A DNA stretch of 63,486 nucleotides, counting the filler, from Chiloscyllium plagiosum (taxonomy: Eukaryota): the NCBI RefSeq assembly GCF_004010195.1. It is 4 parts of 2 records of this genome, joined end to end, with 100 filler letters (N's around TTAATTAATTAA, not from the genome) between each part and the next. Parts side by side here need not be neighbours in the genome. Positions count along the whole stretch, not along the records: positions 43,384 to 61,491 come from NC_057714.1; 3 more parts are not named here. One strand, written 5' to 3'. The position numbers and the translations under genes were made by a program. The notes below the pieces were generated by a model that had not been told where the DNA came from, did not search any database, and worked only from the letters and a program-made list of their open reading frames with translations. Position 1 is the stretch's first letter. The number at the start of each line of letters is the position of its first letter. This document shows positions 49,985 through 61,591 of the stretch, piece after piece.

Positions 49985-50932
49985 GTGGGAACGGAGGTTA
50001 GGGCAGTTGAATGTTCCTCCTGCCGTGTGTGGGAGGTAAGGGTCACCTCTAATGTCCCTGCTGACTTCATTTGTGGGAAGTGCACCCAACTCCAGCTCCT
50101 CAAGAACTGTGTTAGGGAACTGGAGCTGGAGCTGGATGAACTTCGGATCATTCAGGAGGTGGAGGGGGGTATTGAGAGGAGTTACGGGGAGATAGTTACT
50201 CCACAGCCACAGGAAGAAGGTAGATGGGTTACCATCAGGGTTAGGAAAGGGAACCGGCAGGTAGTCCAGGAATCTCCTGAGGTGGTTCCCCACAACAACA
50301 AGTATACCGTTTTGGATACTGTTGGAGGGGGTATGATTTACCGGGGGTACGATTTACCAGGGGTAAGCAATGGGGCACAGGTCTCTGGCGCAGACTCTGT
50401 CCCTGGTACTCAGAGGGGAAGAGGGATGAGGAGCAGAGCTTTAGTCATTGGAGACTCCATAGTTAGGCGGGCAGATAGGAGGTTTTGTGGGCACGAGAGA
50501 AACTCCCAATTGGTTTGTTGCCTCGCAGGTGCCAGGGTTTGTGATGTCTCTGATCGTGTTTTCGGGATCCTTGAGGGGCAGGGGGACCAGCCACAAGTCG
50601 TGGTCCACATAGACACCACCGGCATAGGTAGGAAGATAGATGGGGATCTAAGGCAGAAATTCAGGGAGCTGGGGTGGAAGCTTACAGCTAGAATAAGAAG
50701 AGTTGTTATCTCTGGTTTGTTGCCCATGCCACATGTGAGTGAAGCGAGGAATAGGGAGAGAGAAGGGCTAAACACGTGGCTGCAGGGATGCTGCAGGAGG
50801 GAGGGTTTTGGATTCTTGGTTAATTGGAGCTCTTTCTGGGGAAGGTGGGACCTCTACAAGCAGGATGGTCTTCATCTGAACCAGAGGGGTACCAATATCC
50901 TGGGGGTTGGGGGGAGGGGGGTGATTTGCTAA
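49985..50932 (+). CDS. CR1 ORF1: N-terminal CxxC..CxxC zinc finger/coiled coil plus SGNH esterase
   Basis: AVECSSC..FICGKC..LELELDELR; ALVIGDSIVR; VVVHIDTTG; DGLHLN. Start codon is GTG in this copy. Confidence 0.85.
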   Translation: MGTEVRAVECSSCRVWEVRVTSNVPADFICGKCTQLQLLKNCVRELELELDELRIIQEVEGGIERSYGEIVTPQPQEEGRWVTIRVRKGNRQVVQESPEVVPHNNKYTVLDTVGGGMIYRGYDLPGVSNGAQVSGADSVPGTQRGRGMRSRALVIGDSIVRRADRRFCGHERNSQLVCCLAGARVCDVSDRVFGILEGQGDQPQVVVHIDTTGIGRKIDGDLRQKFRELGWKLTARIRRVVISGLLPMPHVSEARNREREGLNTWLQGCCRREGFGFLVNWSSFWGRWDLYKQDGLHLNQRGTNILGVGGRGVIC

Positions 50933-51181
50933 TGCCCTTCGGGGGAGGGGGGGTTAAACTAATGCAGCAAGGGAATGGGAACCCGAATTGTAGTTCCAAT
51001 GTACAGGAGGTTGAGGGTAGTGAGGTCAGGGGTAGGTTTACAAGGTCGTGAGAGGGCATCGGCAATCAGGATGTTGGTTTGAAGTGTGTGTACTTCAATG
51101 CCAGGAGCATCTGGAATAAAGTGGGTGAACTTGCAGCATGGGTTGGTACCTGGGATTTCAATGTTATGGCCATTTCAGAGA

Positions 51182-51389
51182 GGAGAAAGTGAGGACTGCA
51201 GATGCTGGAGATCAGAGCTTAAAAATGTGTTGCTGGAAAAGTGCAGCAGGTCAGGCAGCATCAAAGGAACAGGAGAATCGATGTTTCGGGCATAAGTTTC
51301 CTGAAGAAGGGCTTATGCCCGAAACGTCGATTCTCCTGTTCCTTTGATGCTGCCTGACCTGCTGCACTTTTCCAGCAACACATTTTTAA
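51182..51389. mobile_element. Penelope-derived palindromic element (family A) with 13-bp TSD
   Basis: TSD GCCATTTCAGAGA at 51169-51181 and 51390-51402; 79-bp arms 51218-51296 / 51312-51390 with one mismatch. Confidence 0.9.
51298..51332 (+). ncRNA. Minimal hammerhead ribozyme core (Penelope family A)
   Basis: CUGAAGA-A-GGGC-UUAU-GCCC-GAAA-CG-UC^ with palindromic ACGU stem III; stem I only ~2 bp in this copy. Confidence 0.6.
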
Positions 51390-51735
51390 GCCATTTCAGA
51401 GACACGGGTAGAGGAGCGACAGGAATGGTTGTTGCAGATTCCAGGATTTAGATATTCCAGCAAGAACAGAGACGATGGTAAAAGAGGCGGGGGTGTGGCA
51501 TTGTTAATCAAAGGTAGTATTACAGCAGCTGAGATAACATTTGAGGACTCATCCACTGAGGTAGTTTGGGCTGAGGTTAGAAACAGGAAAGGAGAGGTCA
51601 CCCCATTGGGGGTTTGCTATAGACCTCCGGATTGTTCCAGGGATGTAGTGGAAAGGATAGCAAAGCTGATTCTCGATAGGAGTGGAGTAACAGGGGAGTT
51701 GTAATGGGGGACTTTAACTTCTCAAATTTTTTTTT

Positions 51736-52032
51736 GATTAGATTAGATTACTTACAGTGTGGAAACAGGCCCTTCGGCCCAACAAGCCCACACCGACCCT
51801 CCGAAGAGCAACCCACCCAGACCCATTCCCCTACATTTACCCCTTCACCTAACACTACTAGCAATTTAGCAAGGCCAATTCACTTAAACTGCACATTTTT
51901 GGACTGTGGGAGGAAACCGGAGCACCCGGAGGAAACCCACGCAGACACGGGGAGAACGTGCAAACTCCACACAGACAGTCACCTGAGGCAGGACTTGAAC
52001 CCGGGTGTCTGACACTGTGAGGCAGCAGTGCT
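51736..52032 (-). mobile_element. HE1-type V-SINE inserted in the CR1 endonuclease
   Basis: (GATTA)n tail and V domain; slightly 5'-truncated. Confidence 0.9.
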
Positions 52033-52683
52033 ATTGACTGTGAATACTATAGTTCAAGTAGTTTGGATGGATCAGTTTTTGTTCAATGTGTGCAGGAGGG
52101 TTTTCTGACACAGTATGTAGACAGGCCGACAAGGGGTGATACCATATCGGCTTTGGTGCTGGGGAATGAACCAGGCCAGGTGTTTGATTTGGAGGTAGGT
52201 GATAGTGACCATAATTCAGTTATGTTTGCAATAGTAATAGGCAGGGATAGGTATATACCGCAGGGAAAGAGGTATAACTGGGGGAAAGGCAATTATGATG
52301 CAATTAGGCAAGATTTAGGATGCATAGGATGGGGAAGGAAACTGCAGGGAATGGACACCCTTGAAGTGTGGAGCTTATTCAAGGAACAGCTACTACGGGT
52401 CCTTGATAAGTATGTACCTGTCAGGTAGCTGTCGAGAGAGGGAGCCATGATTTACTAAAGAAGTTGAATCTCTTGTCAAGAGGAAGAAGGCTTATGTGAG
52501 GATGAGGCATGAGGCTCAGTTAGGGGGGCTTACGAGTTATAAGTTAGCCAGAAAAGATCTAAAGAGAGGGCTAAGAAAGCCAGGAGAGGACATGAGACGT
52601 TGTTGGTGGATAGGATCAAGGAAAACCCTAAGACCTTCTATAGGTATATCAGGAATAAAAGAATGACTAGAGTAAGATTAGGG

Positions 52684-52848
52684 TTTAGATTAGAGCGGTG
52701 CTGGAAAAGCACAGCAGGTCAGGCAGCATCCGAGGAGCAGGAAAATTGACGTTTCAGGCAAAAGCCCTTCATTCCTGACCTGCTGTGCTTTTCCAGCACC
52801 ACTCTAATCTAAACTCTGGTTCCCAGCATCTGCAGTCCTCACTTTTGC
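52684..52848. mobile_element. Penelope-derived palindromic element (family A) with 17-bp TSD
   Basis: TSD CTAGAGTAAGATTAGGG at 52667-52683 and 52849-52865. Confidence 0.9.
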
Positions 52849-55229
52849 CTAGAGTAAGATTAGGGCCAATCAAAGATAGTATTGGAAAGTTGTGTGTGGA
52901 ATCTGAGGACTTAGGGAAAGTGCTTAATGAATACTTTTCGTCAGTATTCACATTGGAAAAGGACAATGTTAGTGAGAATATGGAGATACAGGCTACTAGA
53001 TTAGATGGGATTGTGACTGACAAAGAGGAGGTTTTAGCAATTTTGGAGGATCTGAAAATAGATAGGACCCTGGAACCGGATGGGATTTATCCTCGGATTC
53101 TCTGGGAAGCCAGGGAGGAGATTGCAGAGCCTTTGACTTTGATCTTTATGTCATCATTGTCGATAGGAGTAGTGCCAGAAGGCTGGAGGAGAGCAAATGT
53201 TGTTCCTTGTTTAAGAAGGGGAGTCGGGACAACCCTGGTAATTATAGACCAGTGAGCCTTACTTCGGTTGTGGGTAAGGTGTTGGAAAAGGTTATAAGAG
53301 GTAGGATTTATAATCATCTGGAAAGGAATAATTTGATTAGGGATAGTCAACACGGTTTTGTGAAGGGTAGGTCGTGCCTCACTAATCTTATTGAGTTCTT
53401 CGAGAAGGTGACAAAACAGGTGGATGAGGGGAAAGCGGTTGATGTGATGTATATGGCCTTCAATAAGGCGTTTGATAAGGTTCCACATGGTAGGCTATTG
53501 CACAAAATACGGAGTTTCGGGATTGAAGTTGATTTAGCGATTTGGATCAGAAAGAAGACAGAGGGTGGTGGTTGATGGGAAATGTTCATCCTGGAGCTCA
53601 GTTACCTGTGGTGTGCCACAAGGATCTGTTTTGGGGCCGCCGCTGTTTGTCATTTTTATAAATAATCTGGATGTGGGCGTAGAAGGATAGGTTAGTAAAT
53701 TTGCGGATGACACTAAGGTAGGCAGAGTTGTGGATAGTTCCAAAGGATGTTGTGGGTTACAGAGGGACATAGATATGATGCAGAGCTGGGCTGAGAAGTG
53801 GCAAATGGAGTTTAATGCGGAAAAGTGTGAGGTAGTTCACTTCAGAAGAAATAAGAGGATCGCAGAGTACTTGGCTAATGACAGTGTAGATGAACAGAGA
53901 ACTGTGTCCAGATGCATAAATCCCTGAAAGATGCCACCCAGGTTGGTAGGGTTGTTAAGAAGGTATATGGTGTGTTGGCGTTTATTGGTGGTGGGATTGA
54001 GTTTTGGAGCCATGATGTCATGCTGCAGATGTTTTCAACACTGGTAAGGCTTCACCAGGAGTATTGAGTACAGCTATGGTCACTGCATTATAGGAAGGAT
54101 GTGGAAGCTTTGGGAAGGGTTCAGAGGAGATTTACTAGGATGTTGTCTGGTATGGAGGGAAGGTCTTACGAGGAAAGGCTGAGGGAACTGAGGCTGTTTT
54201 CGTTGGAGAGAAGAAGGTTGAGAGGTGACTTAATCGAGACATATAAGATAATCAGAGGGTTAGATAGGGTGGACAGTGAGAGCATTTTTCCTCGGATGGT
54301 GAAGGCTAACATGAGGGGACATAGCTTTAAATTGAGGGGTGATAGATTTAGGACAGATATTAGGGTAGTTTCTTTACTCAGAGTAGTAGGGGCGTGGAAA
54401 GGCCTGCCTACAACAGTAGTAGACTTGCCGATGCTAAGGGCATTTAAATGGGCATTGGCCATACATATGAATAATAATGGAACGGTGTAGGTTAGATGGG
54501 CATCAGGTTATTTTCACAGGTCGCGCAACATCAAGGGCCGAGGGCTTGTACTGTGCTGTAAAGTTCTATGTTCTATGTTCTATGTCTTTTCCCTGGGGTG
54601 GGGCAAGTCCAGAACTAGAGGGCATAGGTTTAAGGTGAGAGGGGAAAAATTTAAAAGGGAGCTAAGAGGCAACTTTTTCATACAGAGGGTGGTACGTGTA
54701 TGGAATGAGCTTCCAGAGGAAGTGGTGGAGGCTGGTACAATTACAACATTTAAAAGTCACCTGGATGGGTATGTGAGTAGGAAGTGTTTAGGAAGTGTTT
54801 AGGAAGTGAGTAGGAAGTGTTTATGGGCCAGATACTGGCAAATGGGTCTAGATTGGGTTGGAATATCTGGTCGGCATGAATGAGTTGGACTGAAGGGTCT
54901 GTTTCCATGCTGTACATCTCTATGACTCTAACTGAGTGATTGAACACGAGTGGAAAACTGATGTTGGAGGGAAGGCATCAGATTTCTGCGCATTCAGCCA
55001 GTTCAATGTGATGGCAATAGAGAAGCTTTGGTGAAGATTTAAGGACGAACTGGATGAAGTACAGCTGGAGTTCTTAGTTCTTAACTGGAGCAAAAATTAA
55101 ACAGGAAAGATGGCTGAACCAGTTCTGGAGAAGGTGGGATCCCTCTAGAAATGGTCCAAACCTGAACAGGCTAACCATCGTTTGCAAGGAGACTTGGTGA
55201 CCCTACTGGGGGAGGGTTTACAAAAGTTT

Positions 55230-56140
55230 ATTAGAATGGCAAGTTGTCTTTTCCCTTGGATGGAGGATTTTAAGGGTGCATATTTTTAAGATGAGAGAAG
55301 AGAGATTTAAAAAAGACTTGAGAAGCAATATTTCTTTACACAGAAGGAAGGAAGTTGTGGAATGAACTTCCTGAGGAAGTGGTAGATACAGGTACAATTA
55401 CAATGATTAAAATACATTTGGATAGATCCATGAATAGGAAAGGTTTGGAGGGATATGGGCCAGGAACAGGCAAGTGGTGCTAGTTTAGTTTGGGATTTGG
55501 TTCGGCATGGACTGGTTGGACTGAAGGGTATGTTTCTGTGCTGTATGACTCTTTGACAGAGGATGGGAACTTGAGCAGGGAGACAGAGGAGGGAAAAGCA
55601 AGGATAAAGACAGAAGACAGAAAAGAAAGAAGAAAATGTAAAAGGCAGAAAAACAAGGGCAAAAAAACAAATGGGGCCATAGTGCAAAATAAAGCTAAGG
55701 TGACTAACAAGGTTAAAAAGATTAACCTAAAGGTTTTGTGTCTTAATGGCACAGTGTATTTCACAATAAAGTGGGTGAATTAGCAAATAGACACAAATAG
55801 TTGTGATTACAGAAACATACTGCAGGGTGACCAAGGATGAGAATTACCATCCAGAGAGTATTCAATATTTGGGAAGGACAGACAGATATTGAAAGGGGGT
55901 GAGGTAGGGTTGTTAGTAAAGGAGTAATTCATTGCAATCGTGAGGAAGGATATTGGTTTGGAAAATCATGATGTGGGATCTATCAGATGAATATAAGAAA
56001 TACCAGGGTTCAGAAAACATTGTTGGATGTTGTCTATACATCACTGAAACAGTGGTGGAGATGGAAGGGAAGGCATTACACAGGAGATTAGAGATGCATG
56101 CAATAAGACTACAGCTGTAATTATGAGTGATCTACATATG
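55230..56140 (+). mobile_element. CR1 3' end (55230-55555) followed by a degraded CR1 endonuclease fragment
   Basis: WNELPEEVV-type tail; LKVLCLN... and later KDRQ..KGGEVGLLVKE. Confidence 0.7.
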
Positions 56141-56477
56141 GATCAAACTAGCCATATTACTGAGTAGGCACCACCTCTGTTTTACAATCCAGTTGGAATC
56201 CAAGGTCTAAATGAAGTTTGGGGGAAAGCTAGCGGTGGGCTGTGTTGTCTCCCCAAAGCCTGTCCACCATCTACAAGGCACAACCCAACACAGTGAGGGA
56301 TTACTGCCCACTTGCCTGGATGAGAAGCTGGACACCATCCAGAATGAAGCAGCCTGTTTGATTGGCCCCCCACATGCCCCGTAGTGTTAGGTGTAGGGGA
56401 ACGGGTCTGGGTGGGTCGGTGTGGACATGTTGGGCCAAAGGGCCTGTTTCCACACTGTAAGTAATCTAATCTAATCA

Positions 56478-57650
56478 TCACCAAGGATATATTTCCCTCC
56501 CCACCCCTACCTGCTTTCTGCAAAGACTCTTTCCTCTGTGACTACCTGGTCAGGTCCATTTCCCCTACAACCCACCCTCCCCTCCTGGCACCTTCCCCTG
56601 GAAGGAATTACGAAACCTGCGCCCACACCTCCGTCCTCACCTTCATCCAAGGCCCCAAAGGAGCCTTCGACATCCATCAAAGTTTCACCTGCACATCCAC
56701 CAATGTCATTTATTGTATCCGTTGCTCCTGATGCGGTCTCCTCTACATTGGGGAGACTGGACACCTTCTTGCAGAGCTCTTCAAAGAACACCTTTGGGAC
56801 ACCGCACCAAACATTTCAACTCCCCCTCCCATTCTGCTGAGGACATGCAGGCCCTGGGCCTCCTCCACCGCTGCTCCCTCATCACCCGACACCTGGAGGA
56901 AGAACGCCTCATCTTCCGCCTTTGGACCCTCCAACCCCAGGGCATCAACGTGGACGTCACCAGTTTCCTCATTTCCCCTCCCCCCACCGTACCCCAGTTC
57001 CAACCTTCCAGCTCAGCACTGTCCCCATGACCTGTCTGACCTGTGCATCTTCCTTCCCACCTATCCGATCCACCCTCCCCTCCAATCTATCATCTTCACC
57101 CCCACCTCCATCCACCGTGGGCGGCACGGTGGCACAGTGGTTAGCACTGCTGCCTCACAGCGCCAGAGACCCGGGTTCAATTCCCGACTCAGGCGACTGA
57201 CTGTGTGGAGTTTGCACGTTCTCCCCGTGTCTGCGTGGGTTTCCTCCGGGTGCTCCGGTTTCCTCCCACAGTCCAAAAGATGTGCAGGTCAGGTGAATTG
57301 GCCATGCTAAATTGCCCGTAGTGTTAGGTATAGGGGTAAATGTAGGGGTATGGGTGGGTTGCGCTTCGGCGGGTCGGTGTGGACTTGTTGGGCCGAAGGG
57401 CCTGTTTCCATACTGTAATGTAATGTAATCTAATCTAATCTATTGCACTCTCAGCTACCTTCCCCTCAGCCCTACTCCTTCCCATTTATCTCTCCACCCC
57501 CTGAGGCTCCCTGCCTCCATTTCTGATTAAGGACTTTTGCCTGAAACGTCGATTTTCCTGCTCCTCGGATGCTGCCTGACCTGCTGTGCTTTTCCAGCAC
57601 CACCCTAATCTTGCTCTAATCTCCAGCATCTGCAATACCCACTTCTGTCT
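56478..57650 (+). mobile_element. Penelope-like element 3' part (GIY-YIG remnant plus pLTR), interrupted by an HE1 SINE
   Basis: FTCTSTNVIYCIRCS*CGLLYIGETG and KHFNSPSHS...LEEERLIFRLWTLQPQGIN; degenerate hammerhead core at ~57523. Confidence 0.85.
57119..57440 (+). mobile_element. HE1-type V-SINE, full length, young
   Basis: GGCGGCACGGTGGCACAGTGGTTAGCACTG...GGTTCAATTCC; CpGs retained; (CTAAT)n tail. Confidence 0.92.
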
Positions 57651-57754
57651 ATCATTTCTGACATGTCTGGATCCCTGCGCAAAGGATCGCTTTGGGGCTT
57701 CACTCAGTTGGATTTGCCCCAATTAGAGTCACCTAGAAAGTCACTGGGGGTTTT

Positions 57755-58512
57755 ATAGATAGGCAGAGAGGCCCTTCAGCCCATTCTGTCTGTGCCGGCC
57801 ATTAAATGTCCAACTATTCTAATCCCAAGTTTCAATACCTATCCGATACCCATTTCAAGTGTTCATCCAAGTAGCCCTTAAATAGTCTTGATGGTTCCTG
57901 GCTCCATCACCCTTTCAGGAAGTCAGTTCCAGGTATCTCAAATCCTCTCTAAATCTTTTCCTACTCCTTATCTTAAAACTCATTGATCTCTCTACTAAGG
58001 GGAATTTTTTTTCCCTATTCACCCTGTCCATGCCCCTCATAATCTTATATACATCTATCAGGAGCCCCCTCTACCTTCTCCTCTCTTTAATGGACAGCAC
58101 AGTGGCTCAGTGGTTAACACTGCTGCCTCATAGCGCGAGGGTCCCAGGTTTGATTCCATCCTCGGGTGACTGTCTGTGTGGAGTTTGCACATTCTCCCTC
58201 CGGTTTCCTCCCACAGTCCAAAGATATGCAGGTCAGGTGAATTGGGCATGCTAAATTGCCCATAGTGTTAGGTATATTAGTCAGAGGGAAATGGGTCTGG
58301 GTGGGATCCTCTTCGGAGGGTTGGTGTGGACTGGTTGGGCCAAAGGGCCTGTTTCTGCACTGTAGGGAATCTAATCTAATCTAAAGAGAACAACCTGAGC
58401 TTATCCAGTCTCTTCATTGTTGAATCTCTCTGTCCCAGCCAACAAGCTGGTGAATCTCCTCTGCCCTCCCCAGTATAATCATGTCTTTCCCATAGTGTGG
58501 TGACCATACTTG
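57755..58512 (-). mobile_element. Degraded CR1 3' part containing a plus-strand HE1 SINE (58092-58382)
   Basis: Homology to the other copies in the window. Confidence 0.75.
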
Positions 58513-58514
58513 CT

Positions 58515-58732
58515 GGGAGAACGTGAGGTCTGTAGATGCTGGAGATCAGAGTTGAGAGTGCGGTGCTGGAAAAGCACAGCAGGTCAGGCAGCATCCGAGG
58601 AGTAGGAGAGTCGACGTTTCAGGCAAAAGCCCTTCATCATTCCTGATGAAGAGCTTATGCTCGGAACGTTTATTCTCCTGCTCCTCGGATGCTGCCTGAC
58701 CAGCTGTGCTTTTCCAGCACCGCATTCTCAAC
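58515..58732. mobile_element. Penelope-derived palindromic element (family A) with hammerhead-like cores facing on both strands
   Basis: ...GACGTTTCAGGCAAAAGCCCTTCATCA-TTC-CTGATGAAGAGCTTATGCTCGGAACG...; degenerate TSD ACCATACTTGCT / ACCATGTTTGTT. Confidence 0.8.
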
Positions 58733-60315
58733 CATGTTTGTTGACCTATATCAGAGTCACCAGCCTTGTAACTGTGTGTGACTTACACAGTTCCCGGTCA
58801 AGTCACACAAAGGCTTGTGAATTTTCGGACTTGGATTCTCCATCATTCAATCACTAAAGGCTGTGATTGTCATGGAGAAAATGTAGAGAATCACCAGGAG
58901 ACGCAGAGAGTTCCTCAAGGTGTAGGTCTTTATTTGCAAACAAAAAACAGTGACACTCAGAAAGCAAATTCTTGAATGCCCCCAAATCATGGGTCTGTGG
59001 TACTTGTATCTTTTTTTATCATGTTTTTGTTAGCTTATCAGCATGTCCAACTATGTTAATCAGAATTACCTCACTCCAGCTATACAATAAACCAACGATG
59101 TTAATTCCCATTATCTCTCTAGTTCTGCCACTATAGTTTTTCCTACATTCTACTTAATGTTATTCTAATGTCACGATTAGACATTTTATTGTCAACTCTG
59201 CAACAATGGTCTTTCATCCCAGACCCTACTTAATATTTTTTTAGATATTTTACTGTCAAGGGTCTCGAGCAGGCTGACTCTACTAACTATTAATTACATA
59301 TATAATGTCATGTCCCAAATATTTATTGCCACAACCTGTCCCAACCTGCCATGATGATATTTAGTAGGCGAGGCTGACTTTACTAACTGTGTTATCTTAT
59401 CCTTTCAGCCCCAATCTGCTAATTGTAGGAGCATTCTACTATCCTTGTCCCATCCTGTCACACTGACCTTTTCACTAGTGTAGCATTCCACAGACCCCTT
59501 GCAACAGATCGCCAGTGGTCTTCATGTTTAACCCTTCCCATGCTTTCATGCTCCGTATTTTCTATATGATACTGCTATAGTGTGTGTGTGTGTGTGTGTG
59601 TGGGGGGGGGGTTGGGGCTGGGGTAAGGTGGAGTGAAGAGAGTTCCGCTATCGTTGTTATTACAATGTGGAGGTTGATACCTCTGATAACTGAAACCAAA
59701 TCACCCAGAAAGGAGCACCTTGCTTTGTAATCTGTTAAAAGAAAGGTGACAAAGAGTATACCTACCTCTCACCCCCCCCCCCAATCTGTTATAAAGGACC
59801 GGTTAAATGAAAGGAATCCCTGATACTCACTTTATCAGTAACAAGTAACAATTTATTTATTTAACAGTGAACAAATTAACAAAATTACTAACAAACCAGA
59901 CAATTCCTCCCTCACTACTACATGGTCCCTAGCTAAACTAAATTCTCTTGGCATGCTATTTCAGTAACCCAGGTCCCACTTAGAGTCATAGAGACCAGAA
60001 TTGCACGCAATAGTCCAATAGTGGCCTAACCAATGTCTTGTACAGCCGCAACATGACATCCCAACTCCTGTACTCAATACTCTTCCCAATAAAGGAAAGC
60101 ATACCAAATCATTGCCTGGCAGCTTTGTCATGGATGTTACTTGCCACTTATCAGTTCAAGCCTGGATATTGTCTGGGTTTTGCCTCATTTGAACATGGAC
60201 TGCTTCAATATCTGAGGAACGGTGCTAAACATTGTACAACCATCGGCAAATATCTTCACTTCTGACCTTATGATGGAGGGAAGGTCATTGCTGAAGCAGC
60301 TGAAGATGGTTGGAT

Positions 60316-60670
60316 CTGAGGAACTCCTGAAGAAGGGTTTAATGCCTGAAACGTCGATTCTCCTGCTCCTCGGATGCTGCCTGGCCTGCTGTGTTTTTCC
60401 AGCACCACATTTTTCAACTCTGGTACTCCAGCATCTGCAGTCCTCACTTTCTCCCTCCCTCCTGCAGAGATGTCCTTGAGCTGAGATGACTTGGTAAAAG
60501 GGTTTAATGCCTGAAACGTCGATTCTCCTGCTCCTCGGATGCTGCCTGGCCTGCTGTGTTTTTCCAGCACCACATTTTTCAAATCTGGCACTCCAGCATC
60601 TGCAGTCCTCACTTTCTCCCTCCTGAGGAACTCCTGCAGAGATGTCCTTGAGCTGAGATGACTTGGTAAA
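60316..60670 (+). mobile_element. Two tandem Penelope pLTR pieces (family A) within a minus-strand LINE fragment
   Basis: CTGAGGAACTCCTG is duplicated at 60316 and 60623; the pLTR plus flank is repeated twice. Confidence 0.7.
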
Positions 60671-60702
60671 AAACACTGAAGTGTTCAATCAGCCATGATT
60701 AT

Positions 60703-61280
60703 ATTGGAAGCACACTAGCTTTCGGAGCGTCGCTCCTTCATCAGGTGATAGTGGAGGACACAATTGTAAGGCACAGACTTTATAGCAAGAATTTACAGTG
60801 TGATGTAACTGAAATTATACATTGAAAAATACCTTGACTGTCTGTTGAGTCTTCCATCTGTTAAAATACCATGATAGTTTCAATTCTTTCATGTGTAAGT
60901 CACAAAACCTTTTTTAAAAGTTGCATTCGCAGGTTAGCTGGAACAATGAATGTTAACGAGACAGTATATTGAAAGTGTTAGCCCCCTGTGTTCTCTGTCT
61001 ATGCCATGATGTTTAGACTGATTCTAATCTAAAAAGTGAGATAACCGAGGTTTACATGAATCCATGCAGCTTTTGAGCTCAGAGTTTTACATGAATCCAT
61101 GCAGTTTTTGAGGTCAGAGTTTTACATGAATCCATGCAGTTTTTGAGCAAAGTACAATGTAACCCTGCAAGTACAAATTCACCCCACAAAATATATGTGT
61201 GCATGTGGGTCTTTGTGTCTGTCTGTGAGTGTGTCTGTCTGGATTGGGAGTTGTGAGTGTGAGAGAGTGTGAGAGAGAGT
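60703..61280 (-). mobile_element. Penelope element (family B) pLTR region with intact hammerhead core (60713-60747, minus) and ~32-bp x3 tandem repeat at ~61050-61147
   Basis: Reverse complement CACCTGATGAAGGAGCGACGCTCCGAAAGCTAGTG. Confidence 0.75.
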
Positions 61281-61591
61281 GTAGTGATGGAGAGGGATAA
61301 GTGTGCACTACAGGGCAAGAGTTATAGCTGGGGGCAGGGAAATTATGATGCGGTGAGGCATGACTTAGGATGTGTGGCTTGGAAAAGTAAGCTTCAAGGC
61401 AAGGGCGTAATTGATATGTGGAGCTTGTTCAAGGAGCAACTAGAGAGTGTCCTTGATAAGTATGTACCCATCAGGCAGGGAGGAAAGGGTCNNNNNNNNN
61501 NNNNNNNNNNNNNNNNNNNNNNNNNNNNNNNNNNNTTAATTAATTAANNNNNNNNNNNNNNNNNNNNNNNNNNNNNNNNNNNNNNNNNNNN

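Larger units (their letters stand above)
49760..54583 (+). mobile_element. Near full-length CR1 (HER1-like) LINE with ORF1, disrupted ORF2 (APE+RT) and (TTCTATG)n tail
   Basis: 5' UTR, ORF1, ORF2 from ~51080 (CVYFNARSI...GDFN...DSDHN...RT motifs); three later insertions; stops and frameshifts. Confidence 0.92.

Noticed and set aside
57119..57190. tRNA-like A/B boxes
   Set aside because: These are SINE heads, not tRNA genes.
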